Shown here: positions 9,399 to 24,127 of the stretch, in pieces
How the letters are laid out: every line of letters begins with the position of its first letter
Position numbering within the stretch: position 1 is the first letter of the stretch
Assembly: GCA_040901985.1 (NCBI GenBank)
Contig: JBBDYC010000009.1
Location: 156,364 to 220,363 of the forward strand
From: Gemmatimonadaceae bacterium
GTDB lineage: Bacteria > Gemmatimonadota > Gemmatimonadetes > Gemmatimonadales > Gemmatimonadaceae
DNA length: 64,000 nucleotides
Direction of reading: 5' to 3'
The notes under the pieces: generated by a model
Seen by the model: the letters and a program-made list of their open reading frames with translations, nothing else
Told to the model about the DNA's origin: nothing
Databases searched by the model: none
Program-made: the position numbers and the translations under genes

Positions 9399-9880
9399 TA
9401 GAATGGCAGCTCGTCGTCGGAGTCCAGGGCTTCGGGGAACTCGGCGAACCCCGAGTCTCCCCCCGCCTTGGCGCCGGCGGCGGCCTTGGCCGGACGCGCG
9501 CTCTCGAATCCGGCGTCCCCGCCCCGCCCGCCGCCGAGGAGGATGACCTCACGCACGTTGATCTCCGTGACGTACCGCGTCTGCTTGTCCTTGTCCTCGT
9601 ACTGGCGGTACTGGATCTCGCCCTCGACGAAGAGCTTGTCGCCCTTCTTCACGTACTTCTCGACGAGGTCGGCGAGCCGCATCCCGCGCTCGCCCTTCGG
9701 GTTCCAGGCAACGCACTTGTGCCACTCGGTCTTTTCCTGCTTCTCGCCGGAGACCGAGTTCCACTGGCGGCTGGTGGCGAGCGAGAACTGCGCCACCTTG
9801 CTCCCGTTCGAGGTCGTCCGGATCTCCGGATCGGCGCCGAGGTTGCCAATCAACGTCACTTTGTTCAGGCTGCGGCTCAC
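9398..9880 (-). CDS. ssb: Single-stranded DNA-binding protein
   Basis: LNKVTLIGNLGADPE, EKTEWH, C-terminal DDELPF; AGGAGG RBS. Confidence 0.97.
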   Translation of the reverse strand: MSRSLNKVTLIGNLGADPEIRTTSNGSKVAQFSLATSRQWNSVSGEKQEKTEWHKCVAWNPKGERGMRLADLVEKYVKKGDKLFVEGEIQYRQYEDKDKQTRYVTEINVREVILLGGGRGGDAGFESARPAKAAAGAKAGGDSGFAEFPEALDSDDELPF

Positions 9881-9981
9881 AAGGCCTCCTGGTATGGGTC
9901 AGTCCGCGCCTGCACCATACGCTGGGCTGCGTGTGCGATGGCACCGGATTCTCACCGGTGAAAGCTAAATCCCGCGCGGCG

Positions 9982-10069
9982 GGGGTGTGAGGGGAGCGAC
10001 CCTGCCCTCGCGCTGGGTTCCCCCTCACCTCTCACACCCCACCTCCCACCTCCCACCTCCCACCTCTCA
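9982..10069. repeat. 7-bp tandem array (CCTCCCA-like x7) with a short complementary arm
   Basis: cccctca cctctca cacccca cctccca cctccca cctccca cctctca (10021-10069); GGGGTGTGAGGGG at 9982-9994. Confidence 0.75.
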
Positions 10070-10513
10070 CCGCAAGATTCGCCCGTGCCGTTTCATTATC
10101 ACCGCGTCCTCGACTGGCGCCGCGTAGTACGCCTTGCGCCGTCCGCACGCCGTGAAACCGCGGCTGGCGTACAGCGCCTGAGCCGCCGCATTGCCGGCCC
10201 GGACCTCAAGATGGACGGTGGAACTCGCCTCCCGGTCCACGAGGGCAAGGAGGTCGTCGAGCAACGCCGCGCCGATCCCCTGCCGACGTTCGGCCGCGGC
10301 GACCGCGAGGTTCGCGATCTCGGCCTCGTCCCCGACGATCCACGCCACGCTGTAGCCCAGCACCGAGCGCCCACGTTCGGCGACGCGCAGTTGCACCGTC
10401 CCGTGGCCGAGCATCGCCCGGAAGGACTTCTCGGTCCACGGATCGCTGAAGCTCGCACGCTCGATGGCGACGATTGCGCCCAGGTCGGCCTCCACCGCGT
10501 CGCGAATCCTCAC
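10067..10513 (-). CDS. rimI: Ribosomal protein S18-alanine N-acetyltransferase (GNAT)
   Basis: IERASFSDPW, NLAV...RRQGIG, LEVRAGNAAAQALY..GF...GRRKAYY..PVEDA; follows tsaB. Confidence 0.92.
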   Translation of the reverse strand: MRIRDAVEADLGAIVAIERASFSDPWTEKSFRAMLGHGTVQLRVAERGRSVLGYSVAWIVGDEAEIANLAVAAAERRQGIGAALLDDLLALVDREASSTVHLEVRAGNAAAQALYASRGFTACGRRKAYYAAPVEDAVIMKRHGRILR

Positions 10514-11178
10514 CGGTCGAGCGGGCGCCCCTGGGCCGCCTCCCACTTCACCTGTGCCTCGGCGAGGCGGCCGTACACCGGCTCCCACGACCCCAGCGCG
10601 ACCGGCCCCGCCGCGTGGATGAGCGCCGCGCAACGCGCGGTGCCGCGCGCGTGCGGCGCTGCGTCCAGGTCCTCACCGGGACCGATTGGGGTGGCCTGGA
10701 GTGCCGCGGCGCGGGCCGCGACCTCGGTGGCGGGCGCGAGCCCGAGCGACTCCACCGTCGCCAACGCCCCCGCCGGGCCGATCGTCACGAGCGCCAGGTA
10801 GCGGTCGCCCCGCATCGCGTCGAGGGTCGCCAGCCAGCGGCTGCCCGCGGCGCGCGTGGCGTCCGACCCGGCCACGATCAGCGCGAGGGAGGGCACCGCG
10901 CAGAGCGGCGCGCCGCCGCCGAAGGCGAGTCCCTTGGCACAGGCGCCCACCACGCGGAGCGCCGTGAAGCTGCCCGGGCCGGCGCCGCAGACGATTCGCG
11001 CCACGGCGCGCACCGAGGCGTCGGCAGCCCCGAGGGTCTCGAGCACCGCCGGCAGGAATCGCTCGTCGTCGCCGCTCCGCATCGCCACCGTGCGTTCGGC
11101 GACGACCACGCCGTCGCGCAGCACCGCAATCGTCCCCGCGCCAGCGGCCGCGTCCATCGCCAGCGTCAGTCCGGCCAC
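10510..11178 (-). CDS. tsaB: tRNA threonylcarbamoyladenosine biosynthesis protein TsaB
   Basis: GAGPGSFTALRV, KGLA, DAMRG..Y; tsaE-tsaB-rimI order. Confidence 0.9.
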   Translation of the reverse strand: MAGLTLAMDAAAGAGTIAVLRDGVVVAERTVAMRSGDDERFLPAVLETLGAADASVRAVARIVCGAGPGSFTALRVVGACAKGLAFGGGAPLCAVPSLALIVAGSDATRAAGSRWLATLDAMRGDRYLALVTIGPAGALATVESLGLAPATEVAARAAALQATPIGPGEDLDAAPHARGTARCAALIHAAGPVALGSWEPVYGRLAEAQVKWEAAQGRPLDR

Positions 11179-11585
11179 GTGAGTCTCCGCACATCCGGTC
11201 GTCCGGGGACGTGGGCCAAGGTCAGCGCCGTGCGAGCGTCGGGCAGGGTGTCCCCCGCCCGTTCCGGCCACTCGATCAGCACCACTGCCGGCGCCGTCAC
11301 GATCTCGTCCCACCCGAGCTGCGCCAGCTGGCCGGCGTGGTCGAGGCGGTACAGGTCGAGGTGATAGACCGTCCCGCGCGGCGCGCGGTACTCGTGCACC
11401 AGCGCGTAGGTCGGGCTCGTCACCGGCTCGCGGACGCCGAGCGCCGCGGCGAGCGCGCGAATGAGCGTCGTCTTGCCGGCGCCGAGGTCGCCCGAGATCG
11501 TGACGCAACCAGGCCACGGGAGCTGCGCGCCGAAGGCGGCGCCCCACCCGACCAGCTCGGCCTCGGTCAGCTCAGCGGCGGGCAC
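11166..11585 (-). CDS. tsaE: tRNA threonylcarbamoyladenosine biosynthesis ATPase TsaE
   Basis: [29 protein letters not shown]. Confidence 0.95.
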   Translation of the reverse strand: MPAAELTEAELVGWGAAFGAQLPWPGCVTISGDLGAGKTTLIRALAAALGVREPVTSPTYALVHEYRAPRGTVYHLDLYRLDHAGQLAQLGWDEIVTAPAVVLIEWPERAGDTLPDARTALTLAHVPGRPDVRRLTWPD

Positions 11586-13620
11586 GTCCGCCCCGAGCGC
11601 TGCCGTCGCCCATCGCGACCTTGAGGTCGAAAAGCTCGTCGCGAAGTCGCGCGGCGGTCTCGAAGTCGAGGGCCTTGGCGGCGGCCTTCATTTCCTCCTC
11701 CAGCCGCGCCACCAGGCCCGGCAGGTCGTCCGTCCCGTAGGCGCGTTGTGCCTCCGCCACCTTCTTCTGCCGCTTGCCGCGCGAGCGGTCCGCCTCGCGC
11801 TCCTCGGTGCCGTCGCGCGCGTCGGCGACGCGGGTGCTGAACCGCACCTGGTCGGTGCTCTTGGTCACCCCCGCCGGGATGATGCCGTGCGCCAGGTTGT
11901 GCGCCTCCTGCGTGGTCCGGCGCCGATTCGTCTCGTCGAGACAGCGCTGCATCGAGCCGGTGATGCGGTCGGCGTAGAAGATCGCCCGCCCGGTCACGTG
12001 GCGCGCGGCGCGGCCGACGGTCTGGATCAGCGACCGGTCGGAGCGGAGGAAGCCCTCTTGGTCGGCATCGAGGATCGCGACGAGCGAGACCTCCGGCAGG
12101 TCGAGCCCCTCGCGCAGGAGGTTGATGCCGATCAACACGTCGAACTCGCCGAGCCGCAGGCCGCGCACGATCTCCATCCGCTCGATCGCGTCAATGTCGG
12201 CGTGCATATAGCGCACGCGCACGCCGACCTGCGCCAGATAGTCGGTGAGGTCCTCGGCCATCCGCTTGGTGAGGGTGGTGACGAGGACGCGCTCGCCGCG
12301 CCGCTCGCGCTGGCGGATCTCGTGCAGGAGGTCGTCCACCTGCCCCTTCACCGGCCGGATCTCGATCACCGGGTCGAGCAGTCCGGTGGGACGGATCACC
12401 TGTTCCACCACGACGCCTTCGGAGAGCTTGAGCTCGAGCTCGCCCGGCGTCGCCGAGACGTTGACCGCGCGCGGCGTCAGCTGGAGGAACTCGTCGAACA
12501 TCAGCGGCCGGTTGTCGAGCGCGCTGGGAAGCCGAAAGCCGTACTCGACGAGTGTCGTCTTGCGCGCGCGGTCGCCGTTGAACATCCCGCCGATCTGGGG
12601 CAGCGTGACGTGTGACTCGTCCACGACGACGAGGAAGTCGTCGGGGAAGTAGTCGAAGAGACAGGCCGGGCGGGCGCCGGGGACCCGGCCGGCGAGGATC
12701 CGCGAGTAGTTCTCGATCCCCGGGCAGGTCCCGATCTCCAGCATCATCTCGATGTCGAAGTTGGTGCGCGACTCCAGCCGCTGGGCCTCGAGAAGCTTCC
12801 CCGCCTCGCGCAGGGCCCGCAACCGCTCGACGAGCTCGACGCGGATCTCCTGAACCGCGCGCTCGAGCGTCGGCCGGGTGGTGACGAAGTGCTTGGCCGG
12901 ATAGACCGCCGTGCGCGGGAGCGCGGTGATCGTGCTGCCGCTGAGCGGGTCAATCTTCGAGATCCGCTCGATTTCGTCGCCGAACATCTCCACGCGCACC
13001 GCCTGCTCCTCGTAGGCCGGGAAGATCTCGACCGTGTCGCCGCGCACGCGGAACGTGCCGCGCTCGAAGGCGACGTCGTTGCGCCCGTACTGGATCGCGA
13101 CCAGCGCCTTGAGGATCGCGTCGCGGGCGATCCGCTGGCCGACATCGAGCGTGACCATTGACGCGCGGTAGGTCTCGGGGTCGCCGAGGCCGTAGATGGC
13201 CGAGACCGTCGCGACGATGATGACGTCGCGGCGCTCCATCAGCGACGAGGTCGCGCGCAGCCGCAGCCGGTCAATGTCCTCGTTGATCGAGGCGTCCTTC
13301 TCGATGTAGGTGTCCGACGACGGGACATACGCTTCCGGCTGGTAGTAGTCGTAGTACGAGATGAAATACTCGACCGCGTTCTGCGGGAAGAACCCCTTGA
13401 GTTCGCCATAGAGCTGCGCGGCGAGCGTCTTGTTGTGCGAGAGGACCAGGGCGGGGCGGTCCCACTGCGCGATGACGTGCGCCATCGTCATCGTCTTGCC
13501 CGACCCGGTCACGCCGAGGAGGGTCTGGAACCGGTCGCCCCGGCGCAGCCCGGCGACCAACTCGCGGATCGCGCGGGGCTGGTCGCCGGCGGGTTCGAAG
13601 GGGGATTGGAGGTGGAACAC
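11572..13620 (-). CDS. uvrB: Excinuclease ABC subunit UvrB
   Basis: [43 protein letters not shown]-terminal UVR domain. Confidence 0.98.
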   Translation of the reverse strand: MFHLQSPFEPAGDQPRAIRELVAGLRRGDRFQTLLGVTGSGKTMTMAHVIAQWDRPALVLSHNKTLAAQLYGELKGFFPQNAVEYFISYYDYYQPEAYVPSSDTYIEKDASINEDIDRLRLRATSSLMERRDVIIVATVSAIYGLGDPETYRASMVTLDVGQRIARDAILKALVAIQYGRNDVAFERGTFRVRGDTVEIFPAYEEQAVRVEMFGDEIERISKIDPLSGSTITALPRTAVYPAKHFVTTRPTLERAVQEIRVELVERLRALREAGKLLEAQRLESRTNFDIEMMLEIGTCPGIENYSRILAGRVPGARPACLFDYFPDDFLVVVDESHVTLPQIGGMFNGDRARKTTLVEYGFRLPSALDNRPLMFDEFLQLTPRAVNVSATPGELELKLSEGVVVEQVIRPTGLLDPVIEIRPVKGQVDDLLHEIRQRERRGERVLVTTLTKRMAEDLTDYLAQVGVRVRYMHADIDAIERMEIVRGLRLGEFDVLIGINLLREGLDLPEVSLVAILDADQEGFLRSDRSLIQTVGRAARHVTGRAIFYADRITGSMQRCLDETNRRRTTQEAHNLAHGIIPAGVTKSTDQVRFSTRVADARDGTEEREADRSRGKRQKKVAEAQRAYGTDDLPGLVARLEEEMKAAAKALDFETAARLRDELFDLKVAMGDGSARGGRARR

Positions 13621-13673
13621 GCGGGGGGAAGGGTGGACGGGATGGCGGATCGCACGCCACCCCGCACCGGCCG

Positions 13674-14108
13674 TCAGAGGAACGCCCGCTGCCACGGGAT
13701 GCCGGCGAGGATCAGCGCCAGCGTGATCGCCACGAAGATGAGCGCCTTGCGATGGCGCGCCGCGTCGGTGGCGGCGTTCTTCGCGACGATCCCGCCGATC
13801 GTCATCAGGAGCGTCGCGACGACCATCAGCGTCGGGTGCTCGGCGATGAAGAAGCGGACGGCGGAATCGGCCATCGTCGCCTGCATATTGCCCATCGCGG
13901 CCCTGACGAAGGGACTGACGAAGAACAGGGAGAGGCCGAGCAGGAGCTGCAGGTGGAGCGCGCCGGTGAAGTAGAGGCCGACGCGGCGGGCGGCGGCGTA
14001 CGGGCGGTCGCCGCCGAGTCCCTGCGCCGCCTTCACCAGCGCGACGACGCCGAGGATGAGGATGGCCCAGCGGAGGACGTTATGGGTCTGGAGGATGGCG
14101 AGGTGCAT
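13674..14108 (-). CDS. Conserved hypothetical 4-TM membrane protein (His-containing)
   Basis: Four hydrophobic segments, [21 protein letters not shown] and IPW motifs; genome-like codon usage. Confidence 0.75.
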   Translation of the reverse strand: MHLAILQTHNVLRWAILILGVVALVKAAQGLGGDRPYAAARRVGLYFTGALHLQLLLGLSLFFVSPFVRAAMGNMQATMADSAVRFFIAEHPTLMVVATLLMTIGGIVAKNAATDAARHRKALIFVAITLALILAGIPWQRAFL

Positions 14109-14112
14109 CTGC

Positions 14113-14231
14113 AAAGGCGAAAGGGGAAAGGTGAGAGGGGAAAGGGGAAAGTACTACCGCGCGAGCGTTCGCACCCGGGGGGTTCCCTCCGCCCTTTCAC
14201 CTCGCCCCTGCACCTCTCCCCTCTCTCCTCG
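14113..14231. repeat. Inverted heptamer arrays (AAAGGGG-like x5 / CCCCTCT-like x6) between relA and the membrane protein gene
   Basis: AAAGGCG AAAGGGG AAAGGTG AGAGGGG AAAGGGG ... GCCCTTT CACCTCG CCCCTG CACCTCT CCCCTCT CTCCTCG. Confidence 0.75.
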
Positions 14232-14237
14232 CCCACG

Positions 14238-16433
14238 TCACCCCGTGTCGCCGTCGGCGGTCAGGCGCTCGCGGCGTGCGACCTCGCTGACGCCCTTCAC
14301 GCGCCGCGCCGACTTGATGATCTTGTCGAGGTGCGCGAGGTTCTCGACCTCGACGAGCGCGGCGCCCGAGACGCGGCCGTCGAGCGTCTTCAGCTCGAGC
14401 GACCGGATATCGGTGCCGATCGCGCTCATCGCCGCGGCGAGGTCGGCGTAGAGGCCGCGCCGGTCGGTCCCCTCGATCGCCAGCCGGATCACGAACCGCT
14501 CGCCGGCTGTCTCCTTCCAGTCAATCTCCAGCCGGCGCTCGGGCTCGTGCACGAGGTGGAGCAGGTTTGGGCAATCGCTCCGGTGGATGCTGACGCCGCG
14601 TCCGCGCGTGACGTAGCCGACGACGGTGTCGCCCGGCACCGGCTGACAGCACTGTGCATAGCGCACGAGGAGGCCGTCGGCGCCCTGGATGCGGAGCCCG
14701 CGCGACGTGCCCGGCCGCCGCATCCGGTCAATGAACCGCTCGAGCGCGCTCGGCTTGAGCGCCGTCTCCTGCGTCTCGTCGAGGTCCGGGTAGATCGCCT
14801 TCAGCAGCTGCGTGACCGTGATGTCGCCCTTGCCGAGGCTGGCGAAGACGTGGCTGTGGTCCATCAGCTTGAGCCCCTCGGCGCCGCGCGTCAGCTCGGC
14901 GTCGGTGAGCTTGGCGTGCTTGCGGCGCCGCAGCTCGCGGTCGAGGATCTCGCCGCCGACCGTGACGAACGTCCGCTGCTCCTCGTGGCGGAGAAACTGG
15001 CGGATCCGGTGGCGGGCGCGGCCGGTGTGCACGTGGGCGAGCCAGTCGCGGGTCGGGCGCGCATTCGGCGAGCGGATGATCTCGACGGTCTCCGAGTTCC
15101 GCAGTTCGCGTGAGAGCGGGACAATCTTCCCGTTCACCTTCGCGCCGTGCGTGTGCAGTCCCACCTCGGTGTGCACGGCAAAGGCGAAGTCAATCGGCGT
15201 CGCCCCCTTCGGCAGCTGGATCACGTCGCCGTTCGGCGTGAAGACGAAGATCTCGTCCTGGTAGAGGTCGAGCTTGAGGAACTCGAGGAACTGGTCGGGC
15301 GTCTCGGCGTCGAGCTGCAGTTCGAGCACCTGGCGGAACCAGGAGAGGTGGCGGTCGAGGTCGCGCTTTCCCCCCTTCTCGCCCTCCTTGTAGAGCCAGT
15401 GCGCGGCGATGCCGTACTCCGCCGTGCGGTGCATCTCGCGGGTGCGGATCTGGATCTCGAAGAGCGTCCCGCGCGGCCCGAAGATCGTCGTGTGCAGCGA
15501 CTGGTAGCCGTTCGACTTCGGCGACGCGATGTAGTCCTTGATCCGCTCCTGGAGCGGCGTCCAGGCGCCGTGGATCACCCCGAGCGCGTGGTAGCACTCG
15601 GGGACGTTCTCGACCAGCACCCGGATGGCGTAGAGGTCGTAGATGTCGTCGTACGGCTTGGCGCGCTGCTCCATCTTCTTCCAGATGGACCAGAGGTGCT
15701 TCGGCCGGCCGCTGACCTCGTGGAGGAGCACGCCCGCCTCGCGCAGCTTGGCCTCGAGCGGCCCCGCCATCTCGCCGGTGAGGGCGTCGCGGTCGGCGCG
15801 CGTCGCGGCGATCAGCTTCGCCAGGTTCCGGTACTCCTCCGGTTCCAGCCACTTGAACGCGAGGTCCTCGAGTTCGGCCTTCATTGACGCGAGGCCGAAC
15901 CGGTGCGCCATCGGCGCATAGAGGTCGCGCGTCTCGAGCGAGATCCGGGCGCGCTTCTCGTCAGGCATCCACTCGAGCGTCCGCATATTGTGCAGGCGGT
16001 CGGCCAGCTTGACGAGGATCACCCGCGCATCCTTGGCCACCGAGAGGAGGAGCTTGCGATAGCTCTCGACCTGCCGCTCCTCGCGCGACGCCATCGGCAG
16101 GTGGCCGATCTTCGTGAGCCCGTCCACGATCTGCGCGACCTCACGCCCGAACTCGCGCTCCACGTCCTCCACGGTGACCGCGGTGTCCTCGACCACATCG
16201 TGGATCAGGCCGGAGGCCACGGTCACCGAATCGAGCTGCAGGTCGGCGAGGACCTTGGCGACCTCGACGCAGTGCGTCACGTAGGGATCGCCGTTGAGCC
16301 GCGTCTGGCCGGCGTGCGCCTTCTCGGAGAAGCGGAACGCCCGCACCAGGAGGTCCGTGTCGAGACGCTCGGGGAGCGCCTCGGACGAAAGATCCCAGCC
16401 CGGAATGAGGTCGGTGAGGACGGGCGCGGTCAC
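14238..16433 (-). CDS. relA: Bifunctional (p)ppGpp synthetase/hydrolase RelA/SpoT
   Basis: Intact HDVVED hydrolase motif, KLADRLHNMRTL, KDYIASPKSNGYQSLHT, EIQIRT, TGS (FTPNGD), CCQPVPGD, ACT. Confidence 0.96.
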   Translation of the reverse strand: MTAPVLTDLIPGWDLSSEALPERLDTDLLVRAFRFSEKAHAGQTRLNGDPYVTHCVEVAKVLADLQLDSVTVASGLIHDVVEDTAVTVEDVEREFGREVAQIVDGLTKIGHLPMASREERQVESYRKLLLSVAKDARVILVKLADRLHNMRTLEWMPDEKRARISLETRDLYAPMAHRFGLASMKAELEDLAFKWLEPEEYRNLAKLIAATRADRDALTGEMAGPLEAKLREAGVLLHEVSGRPKHLWSIWKKMEQRAKPYDDIYDLYAIRVLVENVPECYHALGVIHGAWTPLQERIKDYIASPKSNGYQSLHTTIFGPRGTLFEIQIRTREMHRTAEYGIAAHWLYKEGEKGGKRDLDRHLSWFRQVLELQLDAETPDQFLEFLKLDLYQDEIFVFTPNGDVIQLPKGATPIDFAFAVHTEVGLHTHGAKVNGKIVPLSRELRNSETVEIIRSPNARPTRDWLAHVHTGRARHRIRQFLRHEEQRTFVTVGGEILDRELRRRKHAKLTDAELTRGAEGLKLMDHSHVFASLGKGDITVTQLLKAIYPDLDETQETALKPSALERFIDRMRRPGTSRGLRIQGADGLLVRYAQCCQPVPGDTVVGYVTRGRGVSIHRSDCPNLLHLVHEPERRLEIDWKETAGERFVIRLAIEGTDRRGLYADLAAAMSAIGTDIRSLELKTLDGRVSGAALVEVENLAHLDKIIKSARRVKGVSEVARRERLTADGDTG

Positions 16434-16561
16434 GGGGTGCTCGGGGGAACGGGCGCGGTGGCCTCCGCCCCCGTTCCCGGTATATCGCCGGGTGGGGACG
16501 GAGGGTCAAGGAGGACGTACCCGGCGTCCGGCCGGCCGGCTGCCCGCCGGTCCCCGCCCCG

Positions 16562-17242
16562 CTACAGCAATCCCGCCTCGGCGAACGACACGTAGCGGCC
16601 CCGGCCGATGACGATGTGGTCCTGGATCGGGATGTCCAGCAGTCGCCCCGCCGACACCAGCTGCGTGGTGATCGCGCGGTCGTCGGGGCTGGGCGTCGGG
16701 TCCCCCGAGGGGTGGTTGTGCACGAGCACGAGGCTCGCCGCCCGTTCGGCGATCGCCTCCCGGAAGACCTCGCGCGGATGGACGAGACTGCTGTTGAGGA
16801 TTCCGCGGCTGACCAGGACGTCGCGCTCGAGCCGGTGCTGCGCGTCGAGGACGGCGACGTGAAATTCCTCGACCGTCAGCCCCTCCATCCGCGGCGCATA
16901 GAAGCGCCAGACGTCGCGGGGGCCGCGCATCGGCTCGCCCTCGTCGGTCGCCTCGACGGCGAGCCGCCGCCCGATCTCGAGCGCGGCGTGGACGGCGAGC
17001 GCCTTGGCCTCGCCGAGGCCGTGGAGGCCGGTGAGGGTGGCAATCGGCAGTTGGCCGAGCCGGCGCAGCGAGCCGCCGGCGCGGTGCAGGAGCTGTTGGG
17101 CCGTCTCCGTGGACGAGCGCCCGCCGGTCGCCGGCCCGAGGAGGAGCGCCATCAGCTCGGCGGTGGTGAGCGCCGGGGCGCCGAGGGCGCGGAGTCGTTC
17201 CCGGGGCCGGTCGGCGGAGGGGAGGTCGAGGACGGATGCCAT
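16562..17242 (-). CDS. radC: RadC family JAB-domain protein (full length with HhH)
   Basis: RPRERL, GLGEAKA, VHPREVF, HNHPSGDPTPS..D, DHIVIG. Confidence 0.95.
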   Translation of the reverse strand: MASVLDLPSADRPRERLRALGAPALTTAELMALLLGPATGGRSSTETAQQLLHRAGGSLRRLGQLPIATLTGLHGLGEAKALAVHAALEIGRRLAVEATDEGEPMRGPRDVWRFYAPRMEGLTVEEFHVAVLDAQHRLERDVLVSRGILNSSLVHPREVFREAIAERAASLVLVHNHPSGDPTPSPDDRAITTQLVSAGRLLDIPIQDHIVIGRGRYVSFAEAGLL

Positions 17243-17289
17243 CGGCCGAGGATAGCACGCCCCGTCCCGCCCATCACCACCATTTCATC

Positions 17290-20487
<3,198 letters not shown>

Positions 20488-20498
20488 TACCTGGTCAC

Positions 20499-21083
20499 TC
20501 AGTCGGTGGGGCGGTAGAGCCGATGCGTCGTGATGTAGTCGGCGACCGCATCGGGCACGAGGCCGCGGATGGATCGCCCACTCCGCGCCCGCTCGCGGAT
20601 CTCGGTCGCCGAGAGGTCCACGCGCCGCGGGGTCAGGCGCTCGGCCCGGAACCCCGACGGCAACGCGCGACTCTCCGCGCCCCGCCCGGCCACGGCGATC
20701 CGCACCAGACCGGCGAGCGCCCCGGCCTCCCGCCACTGCGGCAGCGTCGCCGCCGTGTCCTCCCCCATCAGCAGGTAGAGGTCGGCGTCCGGGTGCGCGG
20801 CGCGGTAGCCCCGGACGGTGTCAATGGTGAAAGATAACCCCTCGCGCTCCACCTCGACCGGATCCACCTCGAGCCGACGGTCGGCGGCCGCCAGCAGCCG
20901 GGTCATCGCCAGCCGGTGACCGGCGGGCGTCATCGTGGCGTCCGCCTTGAGCGGCTGCCGTGCGGCGGGGATCAGCACCACCCGGGCGAGCGCGAGCTGG
21001 TCGAGCGCGTCGAACGCGAGCAGCAGGTGCCCGATGTGCGGCGGATCGAAGGTCCCGCCGAGGATCCCGAGGCGTCCGCTCAC
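20499..21083 (-). CDS. nadD: Nicotinate-nucleotide adenylyltransferase
   Basis: GGTFDPPHIGH, SFTIDT, LMGED, SATEIR. Confidence 0.95.
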   Translation of the reverse strand: MSGRLGILGGTFDPPHIGHLLLAFDALDQLALARVVLIPAARQPLKADATMTPAGHRLAMTRLLAAADRRLEVDPVEVEREGLSFTIDTVRGYRAAHPDADLYLLMGEDTAATLPQWREAGALAGLVRIAVAGRGAESRALPSGFRAERLTPRRVDLSATEIRERARSGRSIRGLVPDAVADYITTHRLYRPTD

Positions 21084-21093
21084 CGGCGCGCGG

Positions 21094-21867
21094 TCAGCGT
21101 GGGGCGGCGACCGGCGTCGAGTCCGCCGCCGGCAGCTTGCAGACGGCGAGGACCTCGGGATCGGTCGGGAATCCGCCCCGGAGGGCCGTGCAGACCTCCT
21201 CGGCGTCCTCCAGATAATTCATCGCCGGCAAGCGGTACACCTTCACCAGCTGGAGCATCGCCTGCCGCGCCTTGTCGGTGTTGGGCCAGTGGGCGACGAC
21301 GTCGGTGAAGTAGATGATCGCCGAGTCGTAGGCCCGGCGGCTGACGTAGTGCATCCCGGTCTCGAAGTCCTTGGTGGCGAACCATTCGTCGAGCCGCGCC
21401 AGCTCCGCCGTCGCCGAGTCCGCAAAGGGCGATTCGGGGAAGATCCCGGCGAGGAGCCGGTACTGGCCCTGCGCGAGGATCCCGTACTGCGGATCGAGCT
21501 CCGGCCGCCGCCAGAGCGCGGCGTAGGCGCGCCCGGAGTGGTAGAGCGCGTCGTCGGCGAAGGAGTCGTCGGGGAACTGCTCGGCGAGCCGCATGAAGCT
21601 CTGGGCGGCGAGCACACGCTCGTTGTTCTTCAGGCGCGCCTGCCCCAGGTACCAGTGCGCGAGCGGGAGCAACGTGTCGCGCGACGGGAGGTCGAACGTG
21701 AGCTTCTCGAAGGCGCGGATCGCGTCGTCCCAGCGCTCGCGCTGAAACCGGTCAACGCCGGCCCGGAAGAGGTCCCCGGAGGTCGAGAATCGCTGCACGT
21801 TCAGCGCCGGCACGCAGGCGACGGCAAGGACGAGCAGGAGGAGGGTGCGGGGCGTCAGCGAGCGCAT
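21094..21867 (-). CDS. bamD: Outer membrane protein assembly factor BamD (lipoprotein, TPR)
   Basis: Lipobox AVAC, TPRs, LDPQY, F...FPES, KDFETGMHY...Y.SAIIYF. Confidence 0.85.
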   Translation of the reverse strand: MRSLTPRTLLLLVLAVACVPALNVQRFSTSGDLFRAGVDRFQRERWDDAIRAFEKLTFDLPSRDTLLPLAHWYLGQARLKNNERVLAAQSFMRLAEQFPDDSFADDALYHSGRAYAALWRRPELDPQYGILAQGQYRLLAGIFPESPFADSATAELARLDEWFATKDFETGMHYVSRRAYDSAIIYFTDVVAHWPNTDKARQAMLQLVKVYRLPAMNYLEDAEEVCTALRGGFPTDPEVLAVCKLPAADSTPVAAPR

Positions 21868-22819
21868 CAGGTCGGGGGCTGCATCCGCGCGGACCCGGAG
21901 AGTCCGCGAAAATAGTCAATGGTGCGGGCGAGTCCCTTGCGGAGCTCGATCGTGGGGGCCCAGCCGAGGAGCGTGCGGGCCCGCGTGATGTCGGGCTGGC
22001 GCACCTTCGGATCGTCCGTCGGCAGCGGATGGCTGATGATGGGCGACTTCGACCCGGTGAGTTCCACGACCAGCTCGGCGAGCTGGCGCACCGTGAACTC
22101 GTTCGGGTTGCCGATGTTCACCGGCATCCGTTCGTCACTCTGGAAGAGCCGGTAGATACCCTCCACCTCATCGTCCACGTAGCAGAACGAGCGGGTCTGG
22201 GTGCCGTCGCCGTACACGGTGAGCGGCTCCTCGTGCAGCGCCTGGACGATGAAGTTGGAGACCACGCGGCCGTCGTGCGGCCGCATCCGCGGGCCATACG
22301 TGTTGAAAATCCGGACGATCCGCGTGTCCACGTCCTGCGCCCGGTGATACGCCATCGTCATCGCCTCGGCGAAGCGCTTGGCCTCGTCGTAGCAGCCCCG
22401 CGGCCCGATCGGGTTGACGTTCCCCCAGTACGACTCGGGCTGGGGATGCACCTGCGGGTCGCCATAGACCTCGCTGGTGGACGCCAGGAGGAAGCGCGCG
22501 CCCTTGGCGAGCGCGAGCCCGAGCGCGTTGTGTGTGCCGAGCGAGCCGACCTTGAGGGTCTGGATCGGCATCTGCAGGTAGTCCACCGGACTCGCCGGCG
22601 AGGCAAAGTGCAGGACGCCATCGAGCGCGCCGGCGACGTACGAGTACTCCGAGATGTTGTGGCGGATGAAGCTGAACCGGTCGTGCCCCATCAGGTGCGC
22701 GATGTTGTCCGGATGCCCGGTGAGGAAGTTGTCGAGCCCGACGACCGTGTGGCCGTCGCGCAGGAATCGGTCGGAGAGATGCGAGCCGAGGAACCCCGCC
22801 GCACCGGTGATGAGGACCC

Positions 22820-22823
<4 letters not shown>
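21867..22823 (-). CDS. uxs: UDP-glucuronate decarboxylase (UDP-xylose synthase)
   Basis: [56 protein letters not shown]. Confidence 0.93.

Positions 22824-24123
<1,300 letters not shown>

Positions 24124-24127
<4 letters not shown>

Noticed and set aside
16562..17242. radC as a marker of a mobile or anti-restriction element
   Set aside because: Full-length chromosomal form with HhH, between secA and relA; no mobile genes nearby.
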